A stretch of 64,000 nucleotides of DNA from an uncultured Ellagibacter sp. (GTDB lineage: Bacteria > Actinomycetota > Coriobacteriia > Coriobacteriales > Eggerthellaceae). The stretch lies in assembly GCF_934643285.1 (NCBI RefSeq), contig NZ_CAKUBT010000007.1:4755-68754 (forward strand), written 5' to 3'. How positions within the stretch are numbered: position 1 is the first letter of the stretch; every line of letters starts with the position of its first letter. Position numbers and translations under genes: made by a program. This document shows, piece by piece, positions 10,431-19,141 of the stretch. Under the pieces are notes generated by a model that worked only from the letters and a program-made list of their open reading frames with translations, was not told the origin of the DNA and made no database searches.

Positions 10431-10460
10431 AAAGAAAAGGCCGGACTCGCGCCCGGCCTT
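10431..10460 (-). terminator. Rho-independent terminator after the glucosaminidase-like gene
   Basis: Minus strand reads aaggccgg-gcgcgagt-ccggcctt followed by ttcttttcc. Lies 11 nt after the stop at 10471. Confidence 0.6.
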
Positions 10461-10470
10461 CAACCTTACG

Positions 10471-11226
10471 TTAGATTTTCGACATTTCCCGAAGCGTGTC
10501 ATGGAACCAGTTGTCGTAGTTCGGCGGACAATACTTCTGGGCGTTCGAGTAGCTGATGGTGTAGCCATACCCCTTCGCAAGGCCTGCGACATGGGCGTTG
10601 ATGGCTTCTTCCCACGAGCTCCAACCAGTAGAGCCCCAGCCCCACGCGTTGTGCAGCAGGAAGCAGTTCGTGCCCTTGGTGGACTCGGTGTTGGAAATAG
10701 CCGGCGACCAGCGAGGGTCGACGCCGTTTTCCCATGCAGCGGTGGCGAAGGTTTCGCCTTGGCCGGCAAGCGGAGAACCCGCAAGGTAATTGTTGATGCG
10801 GTTTGTCCACTCGGAGATGAAGGCGTCCTTGCCGCAGCTCCAATCCACTTCGGTGAGCTGGGACATCGCAGAAGAGGCATCAGTGGTGCGCGCCTTGGCG
10901 AGCGCCTGCTCGGCAGCCTGGATGCGAGCCTGCTCCTCGGCGAGAGCAGCTTGCTCGGCGGCGATGCGCTCGGCTTCCTTCTCGGCCTCGACGGCCTGAA
11001 CACCTTGGGTGATGTCGCGCGATGCGGGCTGCGACAAGACGCTGCCGACCGATGCGTCGGACACGTTGGAGACAAGCACCTCGGCAGCAGGCGCCGAAGA
11101 GGCCGTGCCACCGAACGGAGACGACGAGCCGCCTGCCGCGGCAAGGCCGTAGCCGAAGCAGCCGACCGCCACGACGGAGGCGCACCCGATCGCGGCGATT
11201 TTCGCGACCAAACCCGTCTTCTTCAT
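10471..11226 (-). CDS. Secreted protein with coiled-coil linker and glucosaminidase-like (FlgJ/LytD-type) cell-wall hydrolase domain
   Basis: Start taken as MKKTGLVAKIAAIGCASVVAVGC (signal/lipobox-like). The C-domain ...AISNTESTKGTNCFLLHNAWGWG... resembles the ..ESgwG...NN.FG.. glucosaminidase core. Family call is tentative. Confidence 0.55.
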   Translation of the reverse strand: MKKTGLVAKIAAIGCASVVAVGCFGYGLAAAGGSSSPFGGTASSAPAAEVLVSNVSDASVGSVLSQPASRDITQGVQAVEAEKEAERIAAEQAALAEEQARIQAAEQALAKARTTDASSAMSQLTEVDWSCGKDAFISEWTNRINNYLAGSPLAGQGETFATAAWENGVDPRWSPAISNTESTKGTNCFLLHNAWGWGSTGWSSWEEAINAHVAGLAKGYGYTISYSNAQKYCPPNYDNWFHDTLREMSKI

Positions 11227-11505
11227 ATTATTTCGACGTGTTACCACGCAGTGTCAACCTTTCTCGAACAGCACGAGAACTAACCGCCGAAGCGGTGACA
11301 GCGTATTGAATTGTGGGTGGGATTGCTGCCAAGAGAAGAACTTATGCTGTTGTTTGCAAGGCAAGATTTTACCTTATGCGAGGGTTTCAACGCAAAAACT
11401 TGTGAAGAACGCTCCACTGTTTGTTCGATATTACGCAGCAGATTCTTTATCGTCCCTGGTAGTTATTATTTTCAATTTTGGATTGAACAAGAACGAATTT
11501 CACAC

Positions 11506-11844
11506 TCAGCGGAACGAGCACGGCGGTTTCGGGGGCAAATGGCCGACCCCCACATAGGTTTGCCGCTCGCTTTCGGAAGACGGCGCGGCGCAATCGATGG
11601 GCCCGAATTTCTCGGAGGACGCCGACTCGGGACGGACGTCGAACACGTCCCCGGAAACCGACGATTTCGGCAAGACGAAGATGAGCGCCACATAGGCCAC
11701 GGCGAGAAGGCCGCCCGTGAGCAACGTGCCCGCGACGACGAGGATGCGCACGACGATCGGGTCGATGCCGAAGTAACGCGCAACGCCCGCGCACACGCCT
11801 CCGAGCCGCGCGTTCGCATCTCGCGTGAGCTTCCTTCCGACCAC
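11506..11844 (-). CDS. PspC-domain membrane protein
   Basis: LTRDANARLGGVCAGVARYFGIDPIVVRILVVAGTLLTGG matches the PspC N-terminal domain pattern, followed by a TM helix. Confidence 0.75.
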   Translation of the reverse strand: MVGRKLTRDANARLGGVCAGVARYFGIDPIVVRILVVAGTLLTGGLLAVAYVALIFVLPKSSVSGDVFDVRPESASSEKFGPIDCAAPSSESERQTYVGVGHLPPKPPCSFR

Positions 11845-11877
11845 GGTGCCGTCCCTTTCGTCCTAGTGCGTCTTTTC

Positions 11878-12738
11878 CTACTGGCCTTCCCCCTCTTCGG
11901 CGACGTCGGCCCCACCGGCCAGACGCTCCACGCGAATGGTGGAAATGCGCGAACGGCGCATACGCTCGATCTTGAACGAATAACCGCCCACCGTGAACTC
12001 ATCGCCCATCTCCGGCACGAAATCGAGCGTGTCGATCAGCCAGCCGGCGATGGTCTCGTAGTCCTCCGACTCGGAGGCCGGCCAGCCGAGCGCCGCCGCG
12101 TCCTCGACCGGGAAGCGTCCATCGACGCGCCATACGCCGTCGGAGAGCTTGGTGATTTCCTTGCCCTCCATGTCGTACTCGTCGACGATTTCGCCTACGA
12201 TTTCCTCGATGATGTCCTCAACGGTAATTAAACCATCGGTCCCACCGTATTCGTCCACCACGATGGCCATCTGTTGCCGATTCGTTTGCATTTCCTTGAG
12301 CAGCGGGAAGATGTCCTTGGTCTCGGGGACGAACAGGGGCTCGAAAGCGTACTTCGCGGCAAGGTCGTCCTCGCGGCCGTCGATGAGCGGCCCAACGAGA
12401 TTTTTGTAATGCACGATGCCGATGATGTGGTCGGCGTCCTCGTGGAAGATGGGAAGGCGCGAGTAGCCCGTGCCGTGCATGCGCTCGACCGCCGTGCGCA
12501 CCGTCTCGGTGTCCTCGACCATAATCATGTCGACGCGTGGCTGCATGATTTCATGTACCGACATGTCGCCCAAGTCGATGATGTCGTGGATCATGCGCTT
12601 CTCGTCGTCGGCGAGCTCATCGTTATCGGCGACGATGTCTTTGATTTCCTCCTCGGAGACCGTTTGCTTCTTCGCCGATCCGAAACGTGAGAAGAAGCCG
12701 GTCAGGCCCTTCTGCTCCTCGTCGCTCATCGTAATCAT
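11878..12738 (-). CDS. corC: CBS-pair + CorC/HlyC transporter-associated domain protein (Mg/Co efflux CorC / TlyC-like)
   Basis: MIHDIIDLGDMSVHEIMQPRVDM..., QMAIVVDEYGGTDGLITVEDIIEEIVGEI, and a C-terminal CorC_HlyC domain. Start at 12738 versus 12729 is ambiguous. Confidence 0.85.
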   Translation of the reverse strand: MITMSDEEQKGLTGFFSRFGSAKKQTVSEEEIKDIVADNDELADDEKRMIHDIIDLGDMSVHEIMQPRVDMIMVEDTETVRTAVERMHGTGYSRLPIFHEDADHIIGIVHYKNLVGPLIDGREDDLAAKYAFEPLFVPETKDIFPLLKEMQTNRQQMAIVVDEYGGTDGLITVEDIIEEIVGEIVDEYDMEGKEITKLSDGVWRVDGRFPVEDAAALGWPASESEDYETIAGWLIDTLDFVPEMGDEFTVGGYSFKIERMRRSRISTIRVERLAGGADVAEEGEGQ

Positions 12739-12819
12739 CCACTCCTCGCGCTCTTAGGGGACGTCAACCCCGAAAATCCATCCGCTGCGCCCGCGACAGT
12801 GCGGACGCGCACCTCGCCG

Positions 12820-13698
12820 CTACATCACATACAGCGCCACGGCCAGAAACTGCAGCACGCTCGCCGCTACGACCATCACGTGGAACACCGAATGCATGTA
12901 GGGAATCTTCTTCAACACGTAGAATACGCAGCCGACCGTATAGACCAGACCGCCCGCGACCAGGAGCGCAAGACCCTCCATGGGAAGGTTCGCCACGAGA
13001 GCCGGCAGATACGCAACGACGCACCACCCCAGAAGAAGGTAGAGCAACGCCGAGATCCAGCGCGGGCGAAATACCCAGAACGCCTCGCAGGCAATGCCCG
13101 CAAGCGCTACGGCCCACACGAACACAGCCAGGTAGATTCCCCCGTCGTTTCCAAGCGTGACCAGGCAAAACGGCGTATACGTTCCCGCGATAAACAGGTA
13201 GATCCCACTGTGGTCGAGCACCTTGAACACACGCTTGGCGCGGTCTACCGCAATAGCGTGGTACAGCGTCGACATGAGGTATTCCACCAGCATGGTGATG
13301 GTGTAGACGAGCGCCGCCGCAAGCTTCACGCCGCCGCCTGCGCGCACCGCGATCACCACGAGAATGGGGATCGCCGCAATGGAAAGAAGCGCGCCGATGC
13401 CGTGCGTCACGGAGTTGGCGATTTCCTCGCCGAGCGTGTACTCGCGCACGTTGCGGCGGGCGCGGTCGGCGTTCGCAGACGTGTTGGCGGGCTCGTTTCT
13501 ATGCTCGCGCGCCTCGGAAAGGGTGCGCGGCTTGAACTGGGAAGGGGTCCACGCCCGAGGCGCGGAGGGACGATCTTGCGCGCACGAAGGCGACGCGGCG
13601 GGCAGAGGGGCGTCTTTGCGGGCGGCAGGCCCAGGCGCTGAAGGGTCAGGCGCCGAACTTCGGCCGCCTTTCGAATCGGATGTCGCATGTGTGTCCAT
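12820..13698 (-). CDS. Hemolysin III / PAQR-family channel protein
   Basis: Seven TM helices with NSVTHGIGA, LYHAI, LDHSGIYLFIAGTYTP and HVMVVAASVLQF motifs. Start trimmed to MDTHAT (13698), which removes the overlap with the upstream gene. Confidence 0.85.
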   Translation of the reverse strand: MDTHATSDSKGGRSSAPDPSAPGPAARKDAPLPAASPSCAQDRPSAPRAWTPSQFKPRTLSEAREHRNEPANTSANADRARRNVREYTLGEEIANSVTHGIGALLSIAAIPILVVIAVRAGGGVKLAAALVYTITMLVEYLMSTLYHAIAVDRAKRVFKVLDHSGIYLFIAGTYTPFCLVTLGNDGGIYLAVFVWAVALAGIACEAFWVFRPRWISALLYLLLGWCVVAYLPALVANLPMEGLALLVAGGLVYTVGCVFYVLKKIPYMHSVFHVMVVAASVLQFLAVALYVM

Positions 13699-13703
13699 AC
13701 ATT

Positions 13704-15488
13704 TCACTCTATCACATTTCCCCCAGGGACAAGCCACGCCAGCCATGCGGCAGCATCTTCTTCACATGCGTCGATCAGCCTGGTCGAGGTGCCCTGCAAA
13801 CCCGCAGCTGTCCACGCGGTGACAGTCGCCACCTTCGCACGGCGCTGGAAGGGGTTCGACTTCGAGAAGCCGAACTGGATCTTCTCGCGAGGCAGGCAAA
13901 CCGAAACTGTGCCGAGGCCGCCGTTTCTCACCTGCATAAAGCGCCTGTTGAACGAAAACCACGACGAGCGCGCCCAAAGCACCGCGCTCACGGCGGCGAG
14001 CACCTCGGCAACCGCACACGCAACGTAGCCTAAAAGCGCGATCCGGTCGAACCAGAAGAGTTCCCCCGCCGACATGAAATCGTCGCCATAAGCGCTTACG
14101 CCGAACATCACGCCCACGTGGAGAAGAGCAAGAGCCACGGCGCACCAAAGCCCCCATCCTTGGATGACCGTGCGCCTGACCAGCGCACGGCGAAGAGCCA
14201 CCTTAGGAACGCGACGGCGCTCGGTCGGCATGTCGGCGAACTCGGGAATGAGCCCCGCGACGATCTCGGGCACGCGATCGACCTTCACGAAGGGATGCAC
14301 GACGAGCGCACCCTCGGAAAGGGAGTCCTCCATGCCACCCGACCCGCTCGACGCGTCCACCTTCCCGAGCGACAGCTCGCAGAAGCCGAAGATGCGTCTG
14401 ACGAAAGTCTGCTTCACGATAACCGACTGCACGCGATCAACCGACACACCGTGGAACCTGTGCTGGAGAAGGCCGCGCTCGACCTCAATGCGGTCGCCGC
14501 GGCGGCGCGCCTTGAAGCCTCCGAAGGAGATGCAGGTGCCGAGCGCCGACATCACCCACACGAACAGGGACAACGCGATGAAGCCGACAGCGATAAGGGC
14601 GATGATGCTATTGCCGAAAAGCGCGAGGCCCGCGTCGGCGAGCACTTCCGCGACGGCTCCGCCCGCCTCGCCCACCATCTGCGAGACGAAATCGGCGACC
14701 TGCGAGAACACGCCGATGATGCCGACGACGACGAGAATCAGCGTCGTGCTGTTCGAAAGCCCGGTGAGAATGAGCTCGCTGTTGGTTATGCCGTACTGGA
14801 AGGAGATGTGCCCCGTGTCGACCTCGCTCCCGGCGAATACGCCGCGCACGTCGTCCCACACCTCAGCGGGCGCATCGAGCACGTTGCCGAAGCTGCTCGG
14901 GGCGTCGGCTTCCCGAAAAGGCGCCCCGACGGCCGCCGACTTGCGAGCGAACAGGTCGGCCCGCAGCGCCTCCGCGTCGGCCTTGCGCAAAAACGGCACC
15001 GACACAGCCTTGTTCGACGCGCCGCCCGCCGTGTCGATCTGCACCGTGCACACGCCGAACACGCGCTGGAGAAGCGAGGCTGTCTGGTCGACCGACTGGA
15101 TGCGCCGGTAGGGCACATGCACACGCTTTTTGTTGAAGATGCCCGAATAGAAGCTGAATTCCTCGTCGCCGAACTCGTACCAGATGTGCTTGTAGGACAC
15201 GAGGCGGTAGATGAGGCTCGTGGCGAGCGAAACGACCACCGTGCCAAGGAAAAGCAGGACGATGACAATCGTCGCAAACCCGCCGTTCACGAACTGCCCG
15301 AGGCTGTCGGGGTTGAACAACTCGGGGATGATCTGGGGAAGCGCGCCGACAAGAAGCGCCGCGAACACCGCAGCGGCACCCTGAAGACCGCCAAGCCAGA
15401 TGTAGCTGGAATGGACCGCGTGCCTCTCGCGATTCCCACGCATCCCGCGCCTCTCGCGATTCTCGCGGTTTTGGACCCCGTCCATCAC
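13704..15488 (-). CDS. YdbT-like membrane protein with repeated bacterial PH (bPH_2/DUF304) domains
   Basis: 594 aa. Alternating TM hairpins and PH-like modules (..YRLVSYKHIWYEFGDEEFSFYSGIFNKKRVHVPYRRIQSV..). ATGA overlap with the ydbS-like gene. Confidence 0.7.
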   Translation of the reverse strand: MMDGVQNRENRERRGMRGNRERHAVHSSYIWLGGLQGAAAVFAALLVGALPQIIPELFNPDSLGQFVNGGFATIVIVLLFLGTVVVSLATSLIYRLVSYKHIWYEFGDEEFSFYSGIFNKKRVHVPYRRIQSVDQTASLLQRVFGVCTVQIDTAGGASNKAVSVPFLRKADAEALRADLFARKSAAVGAPFREADAPSSFGNVLDAPAEVWDDVRGVFAGSEVDTGHISFQYGITNSELILTGLSNSTTLILVVVGIIGVFSQVADFVSQMVGEAGGAVAEVLADAGLALFGNSIIALIAVGFIALSLFVWVMSALGTCISFGGFKARRRGDRIEVERGLLQHRFHGVSVDRVQSVIVKQTFVRRIFGFCELSLGKVDASSGSGGMEDSLSEGALVVHPFVKVDRVPEIVAGLIPEFADMPTERRRVPKVALRRALVRRTVIQGWGLWCAVALALLHVGVMFGVSAYGDDFMSAGELFWFDRIALLGYVACAVAEVLAAVSAVLWARSSWFSFNRRFMQVRNGGLGTVSVCLPREKIQFGFSKSNPFQRRAKVATVTAWTAAGLQGTSTRLIDACEEDAAAWLAWLVPGGNVIE

Positions 15489-15973
15489 ATGTCCTCGCGC
15501 GCGATGCGGGCAAGCTCGGCCGCGCGGTCACGCACCTGGTCGGCGACGTCGTTCGCAAGCCCGGGAATTACGTGCTCGCCAGCGGCCGTGGCGACGGTGA
15601 CGCTCGAGAGACCGAAGGCGCGTAGAATCGGCCCCTGGCGTGCGTCGGTGTTCTGGACGCGGATGAAGGGGATGATGTAGCGCTTGCGCCAGATAATTCC
15701 CTTGGCGATGTCGAGGTAGTCGTCGTGAAGCTCGTAGCGCCAGCGAACGTAGCGGATGGGCGGCAGCACGACGAGGAACGCCACAAGCAGCACCGCAGCA
15801 ATGGCCGAGAGCACGGCGATGAGGGCGAACGCCCAAGGCGCCGGTTCGACTGCGGCGCAAATGGCGAAGGGGACAGCGCAGCAGAGGTAGCCGAGCACGA
15901 TCCAGATGGTGTCGTTTACCCGCCACACATTCTTCACCCGAGGATCGAGCTTGCTTTGAGGGGTCCCGTTCAT
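15485..15973 (-). CDS. YdbS-like single bPH_2 domain membrane protein
   Basis: Start trimmed to ATG 15973 (MNGTPQSKLDPRV...). TM hairpin then RYELHDDYLDIAKGIIWRKRYIIPFIRVQN. Confidence 0.7.
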   Translation of the reverse strand: MNGTPQSKLDPRVKNVWRVNDTIWIVLGYLCCAVPFAICAAVEPAPWAFALIAVLSAIAAVLLVAFLVVLPPIRYVRWRYELHDDYLDIAKGIIWRKRYIIPFIRVQNTDARQGPILRAFGLSSVTVATAAGEHVIPGLANDVADQVRDRAAELARIAREDM

Positions 15974-16209
15974 GAGGAAAGCCTTTCTCGAACGCGCCCG
16001 CGATGCGAACGCTTCACCATGATAGCAAGTGTCGGCAAACTTTTTGTAAAGCGAACGAGAAAGCCCAACGCCGCCAAGAGTGATGTCGCCATCGAACCTG
16101 TTCACGGCATCGATGGCATTTGTCGCCTTTTTGCAGAAGGCCGCATGCGCCAGCCAAATTGTGTACGATGGAAAGGCTGAATCGATTGCGCAGCAGAAAA
16201 GAGGGAATC

Positions 16210-16653
16210 ATGAAATACCAGGAGCTGCAAGACGAAGTGAAGGCCGCGCTGAAAGCGCACGACAAGCCGCGCGTGTCCATCCTGCGCCAGGTGCACGGCG
16301 AGGTGAAGAACATCGAGGTGAACGAGCGCCGCGAGATCACGGACGCCGACGTCGACGCCATGCTCAAGCGCGTGATCAAGCAGACGAAGGAGACGCTTGA
16401 AGGCTCCATCAAGGCGGGGAACAACCAGGAGCGCACCGACCTTCTCGCCGCGCAGGTGGAAATTCTTGAGTCGTATCTTCCCAAGCAGGTTTCGGGCGAC
16501 GAGCTTATCGCGCTCATCGAGAAGACGCTCACCGAGACCGGTGCCACCTCGAAGAAGGAGATGGGGAAGGTGATGGGCGCGCTCACGAAGGCGACCGGCG
16601 GAAACTTCGACAAGGCCGCGGCCGCGGCCGAGCTCGGCAAGCGTCTCGCCTAG
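16210..16653 (+). CDS. yqeY: GatB/YqeY-domain protein
   Basis: Start trimmed to ATG 16210 after the RBS agaaaagaggga. MKYQELQDEVKAALKAHDKPRVSILRQV...MGKVMGALTKATGGNFDK is the typical YqeY pattern. Confidence 0.85.
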   Translation: MKYQELQDEVKAALKAHDKPRVSILRQVHGEVKNIEVNERREITDADVDAMLKRVIKQTKETLEGSIKAGNNQERTDLLAAQVEILESYLPKQVSGDELIALIEKTLTETGATSKKEMGKVMGALTKATGGNFDKAAAAAELGKRLA

Positions 16654-16692
16654 CACAGGACCCACGCGACCCGCTGCGACGTTTTGGAGACA

Positions 16693-16746
16693 GCGCCCGA
16701 CCGTTTCGATGCCCGCAAGGACTTCAAAGCGGTCGGGCGCTTTTTT
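16693..16746 (+). terminator. Terminator-like hairpin with T6 tract after yqeY
   Basis: gcgcccgacc (16693-16702) pairs perfectly with ggtcgggcgc (16731-16740), then tttttt. The loop is long (28 nt). Confidence 0.55.
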
Positions 16747-16804
16747 GCGGGCAATCGGCTTGCGTTGTGCGAGATGACGGGCTGAACCGTTGTACGTGGG
16801 ACAA

Positions 16805-16998
16805 CAAAAAACGCCCGCAGGCGTTTCGTTTCGAGGAGAGGAGGCCGGTGAGGGCGAGGGGGGGGTAGGCCCTCACCGGCTTGTGATGGATGGCCAGACG
16901 AGAGGAGCCTCCACCACCGGGTCAGCATTAAGAAGTGTGCTGGTCAGCGGGTTCGTTTTCTTGAGAGAGAGGGGGGGTTCGAACCCTCGCTGCTGACA
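16805..16998 (-). ncRNA. Candidate ~190-nt sRNA with two hairpins bearing C-rich loops plus an intrinsic terminator (6C-RNA-like architecture)
   Basis: Minus strand. Hairpin 1 spans 16992-16945 (stems cagcg/cgctg plus cgaacc/ggttcg; loop contains C7, the complement of G-run 16971-16977). Hairpin 2 spans 16880-16844 (12-bp perfect stem gccggtgagggc/gccctcaccggc; loop contains C8, the complement of G-run 16858-16865). Terminator acgcc-tgcg-ggcgt plus tttttt lies at 16824-16805. No ORF in the unit. Confidence 0.45.
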
Positions 16999-17004
16999 TT
17001 TGTT

Positions 17005-17033
17005 ATCTTAGGTTAACCTTGCTGGCGCGTCAA
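17005..17033 (-). promoter_or_regulatory. Sigma-70-type promoter for the candidate sRNA
   Basis: Minus strand reads TTGACG (17033-17028), a 17-nt spacer, then TAAGAT (17010-17005). The predicted transcription start is about 16998, just before hairpin 1. Confidence 0.45.
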
Positions 17034-17186
17034 CAGGGTTAACCATGGTTTACAATTCCTCCACAAATGTCTTGCAAGTTGGTGGGAGAATCCGCCACCA
17101 CCGCAAGCGGCCTCGCCAGAAGATTGCCCGCATGAAGGAAAAACTGTGCAAAGTCAACGCGCTTTCATCGACAGCCGCGTGAGGGC

Positions 17187-17327
17187 AGCAAGTGAGAAGC
17201 AAATGACAGGCAAATGAAAAGTTGCGGCTAACTTTTCACGAATCCGCAGGTTATCGCATTGCTGAGGCAAAATCAAACCCGCGATAAGCTTTCCCCGCGG
17301 CCAGAAAAGCAAGTGACGAGCAAGTGA
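17187..17327. repeat. Direct repeat copy A (~140 bp) flanking the AlbA_2 gene; contains 11-bp phased GCAAGTGA/GCAAATGA motifs
   Basis: 17188-17249 is identical to 18859-18920 (62 nt). 17301-17324 is identical to 18972-18995. The constant offset is 1671 bp. The central ~51 nt is diverged. Confidence 0.85.
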
Positions 17328-17357
17328 AAAACACGCAGGGAAGACACACGTTGTCGT

Positions 17358-18806
17358 TTATGCCCATTGAGGAATGTATCTCATATATCTCGGCGACGTC
17401 GACGGATCGACGGGCTTAATCAGCCCTTGTTCAACGCATGTTTTAAGCAACCGGGAAATCTGCGCCGAGTTGGAGTCTTTCAATCCGAAGCGCTCGCGAA
17501 GAGACTGATTACTCGCATAATCACGCGCCGCATAGCGCACGCACACATGCCAATAGCATGCGTCCCGCTTTTCCTCGATAGTTAAATCTTTAAAGGGACG
17601 CCGACCATAAAGCACCACCCTCGTGCTGTCGCCGTACAGCTCAATGCGCGGAGCAGGAAGATGGAGCAGCTCGCACGAATAGATGATTTTATCCCAACCC
17701 GTCCCCGCCTCCTCGCATATGCCCATACGCCGCATAACGCCCGCAAGATGCTCATTGCGCGAGCACGGCGGGTCATTCACGATTCGAGATACGTCAACCA
17801 AAGGCTGACCTGGGTTGGTGAATTCAATACGCCCGTCGAAAACCTCGACCATGGGTCCCGCGCCGCCAACCTGGAAGTCCTGATGGATCAGCGAGTTCCC
17901 CATAAGCTCGCGTAAGGCTATTTGAGGATACTCCCCTTCCGTTCTTCTTACCGCACCTTCGATGCGCTCTTCAGAAGGCAGAAGCGCCATAAGATAACGA
18001 AAAGCATCTTCGAACGACTGGGCATAGCCAGATGAAAGCGTCTCTTCTTTTTGCATGAGAATTCGAGAGGAACCATCGTAGCGGATCACCCGCAGCGCCT
18101 TCCTGGCAACGGGAGGAAACGCCGACATATCGCGCGCGATGGTTAAGGCACCTAAGTTCGTAATCGCATAGGAACCATCCACGTCTTTCGCAACGAAACG
18201 ATCGACCTCGAGGGCGTGTAGCGCAGATTCCGTCTGAGCGGGCATCGGCTCGTCAAGTTTCTCGTAATAAAGGGGAATATCAAGAAGCGACACAACCTCG
18301 TCAAGCGTCAAGCGATCGAGCGCCACTTGCGTCTCAAACGCCGCCCGCCCAACCTTCGCCCATAGCTCCGATTCTCGACGAGAACCTGGAACGAGCTTCT
18401 GGGTACTGCTCCCCGTTCGAATGTAGGCTTCGTTTTTAAATCGAGCAATCTGGTACGCAGCGGGCATTATCTTCGCGACAACGACGTGCTTCCCGAACGC
18501 TTCCCCTTCCTCGAATTCGAAATGCACGTTGCTGCTCAACATGCTCCGAAGCCAAATCTCCAGATCTTGGTTGCCGTGTTTTTGCCTACGCGGATAAAAG
18601 GACGTGCCCACGACCTCGTGCGATTTATCGGTAACTCCCCATACCTTGTAGGCGAATCGGACGTCATGTAACGTCGCCGAATTGGCCAGAGCGCAAATGT
18701 CCTTCCCCTCTTTCTCGAACTCGACGAAGTTCTCTTTGAATTCGAGGTATTCGGTTTCTTCGGGATATGCGCTTAGCTCTTGAATGAGCAGTTTCATATC
18801 TTTCAC
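17358..18806 (-). CDS. AlbA_2 (Schlafen-like divergent AAA) + HATPase_c_4 (RecG-C-like) domain protein; putative nucleic-acid-binding regulator/defence-type ATPase
   Basis: N-terminus ...EETEYLEFKENF...DICALANSATL...VWGV matches the AlbA_2 pattern. C-terminus ALRELMGNSLIHQDF...IEFTNPGQPL...SRNEHLAGVMRRMGICEEAGTGWDKI matches the HATPase_c_4 pattern. GTG start at 18806, 6 nt after AAGGAG. Visibly lower GC than neighbours. Confidence 0.75.
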   Translation of the reverse strand: MKDMKLLIQELSAYPEETEYLEFKENFVEFEKEGKDICALANSATLHDVRFAYKVWGVTDKSHEVVGTSFYPRRQKHGNQDLEIWLRSMLSSNVHFEFEEGEAFGKHVVVAKIMPAAYQIARFKNEAYIRTGSSTQKLVPGSRRESELWAKVGRAAFETQVALDRLTLDEVVSLLDIPLYYEKLDEPMPAQTESALHALEVDRFVAKDVDGSYAITNLGALTIARDMSAFPPVARKALRVIRYDGSSRILMQKEETLSSGYAQSFEDAFRYLMALLPSEERIEGAVRRTEGEYPQIALRELMGNSLIHQDFQVGGAGPMVEVFDGRIEFTNPGQPLVDVSRIVNDPPCSRNEHLAGVMRRMGICEEAGTGWDKIIYSCELLHLPAPRIELYGDSTRVVLYGRRPFKDLTIEEKRDACYWHVCVRYAARDYASNQSLRERFGLKDSNSAQISRLLKTCVEQGLIKPVDPSTSPRYMRYIPQWA

Positions 18807-18841
18807 GGCGAGCTCCTTGCTTCCTTAGGTTTTCATTATAA

Positions 18842-18998
18842 AGAAAAGCAAGTGACGAGCAAGTGAGAAGCAAATGACAGGCAAATGAAAAGTTGCGGCT
18901 AACTTTTCACGAATCCGCAGCTTATCGAGCTGTTGGGGCAGAATCAACCCCGCAAAAGGCCTTCCCTGCGGCCAGAAAAGCAAGTGACGAGCAAGAGA
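18842..18998. repeat. Direct repeat copy B plus the 25-bp junction duplicate
   Basis: 18842-18866 agaaaagcaagtgacgagcaagtga is identical to 17303-17327. Four consecutive 11-mers run from 18847: agcaagtgacg / agcaagtgaga / agcaaatgaca / ggcaaatgaaa. Confidence 0.85.
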
Positions 18999-19088
18999 AA
19001 AGCTAGTGAGAATCCGCCCAAGCAACAAGTCCCGTAGGGCACTTTCTCACGCGCCATTTCGTGCAAACGGAGTCCTCCCCGAACGCAA

Positions 19089-19118
19089 GAAGGCCGGGCA
19101 CTTTCGCGTCCGGCCTTC
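19089..19118 (-). terminator. Hairpin downstream of the feo operon
   Basis: gaaggccgg (19089-19097) pairs with ccggccttc (19110-19118). The U-tract on the minus strand is weak. Confidence 0.45.
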
Positions 19119-19141
19119 CCGTTGAATCATAAGAAAACGTG

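Noticed and set aside
16845-17000. tRNA- or tmRNA-like strings (GGTTCGAACC, CCTCCACCA)
   Set aside because: No cloverleaf can be built. The T-arm candidate has a 5-bp stem with a 10-nt loop, there is no acceptor stem, and CCTCCACCA is not preceded by a T-arm. No tmRNA tag frame, SRP (GGAAGCAGC) motif or RNase P (GAGGAAAGTCC) motif is present. The region is better explained as the two-hairpin sRNA on the minus strand.
17187-18998. CRISPR array or integron attC interpretation of the repeats
   Set aside because: There are only two ~140-bp copies, separated by a full gene rather than 30-40-bp spacers. No RYYYAAC/GTTRRRY core sites and no cas or intI gene lie nearby.
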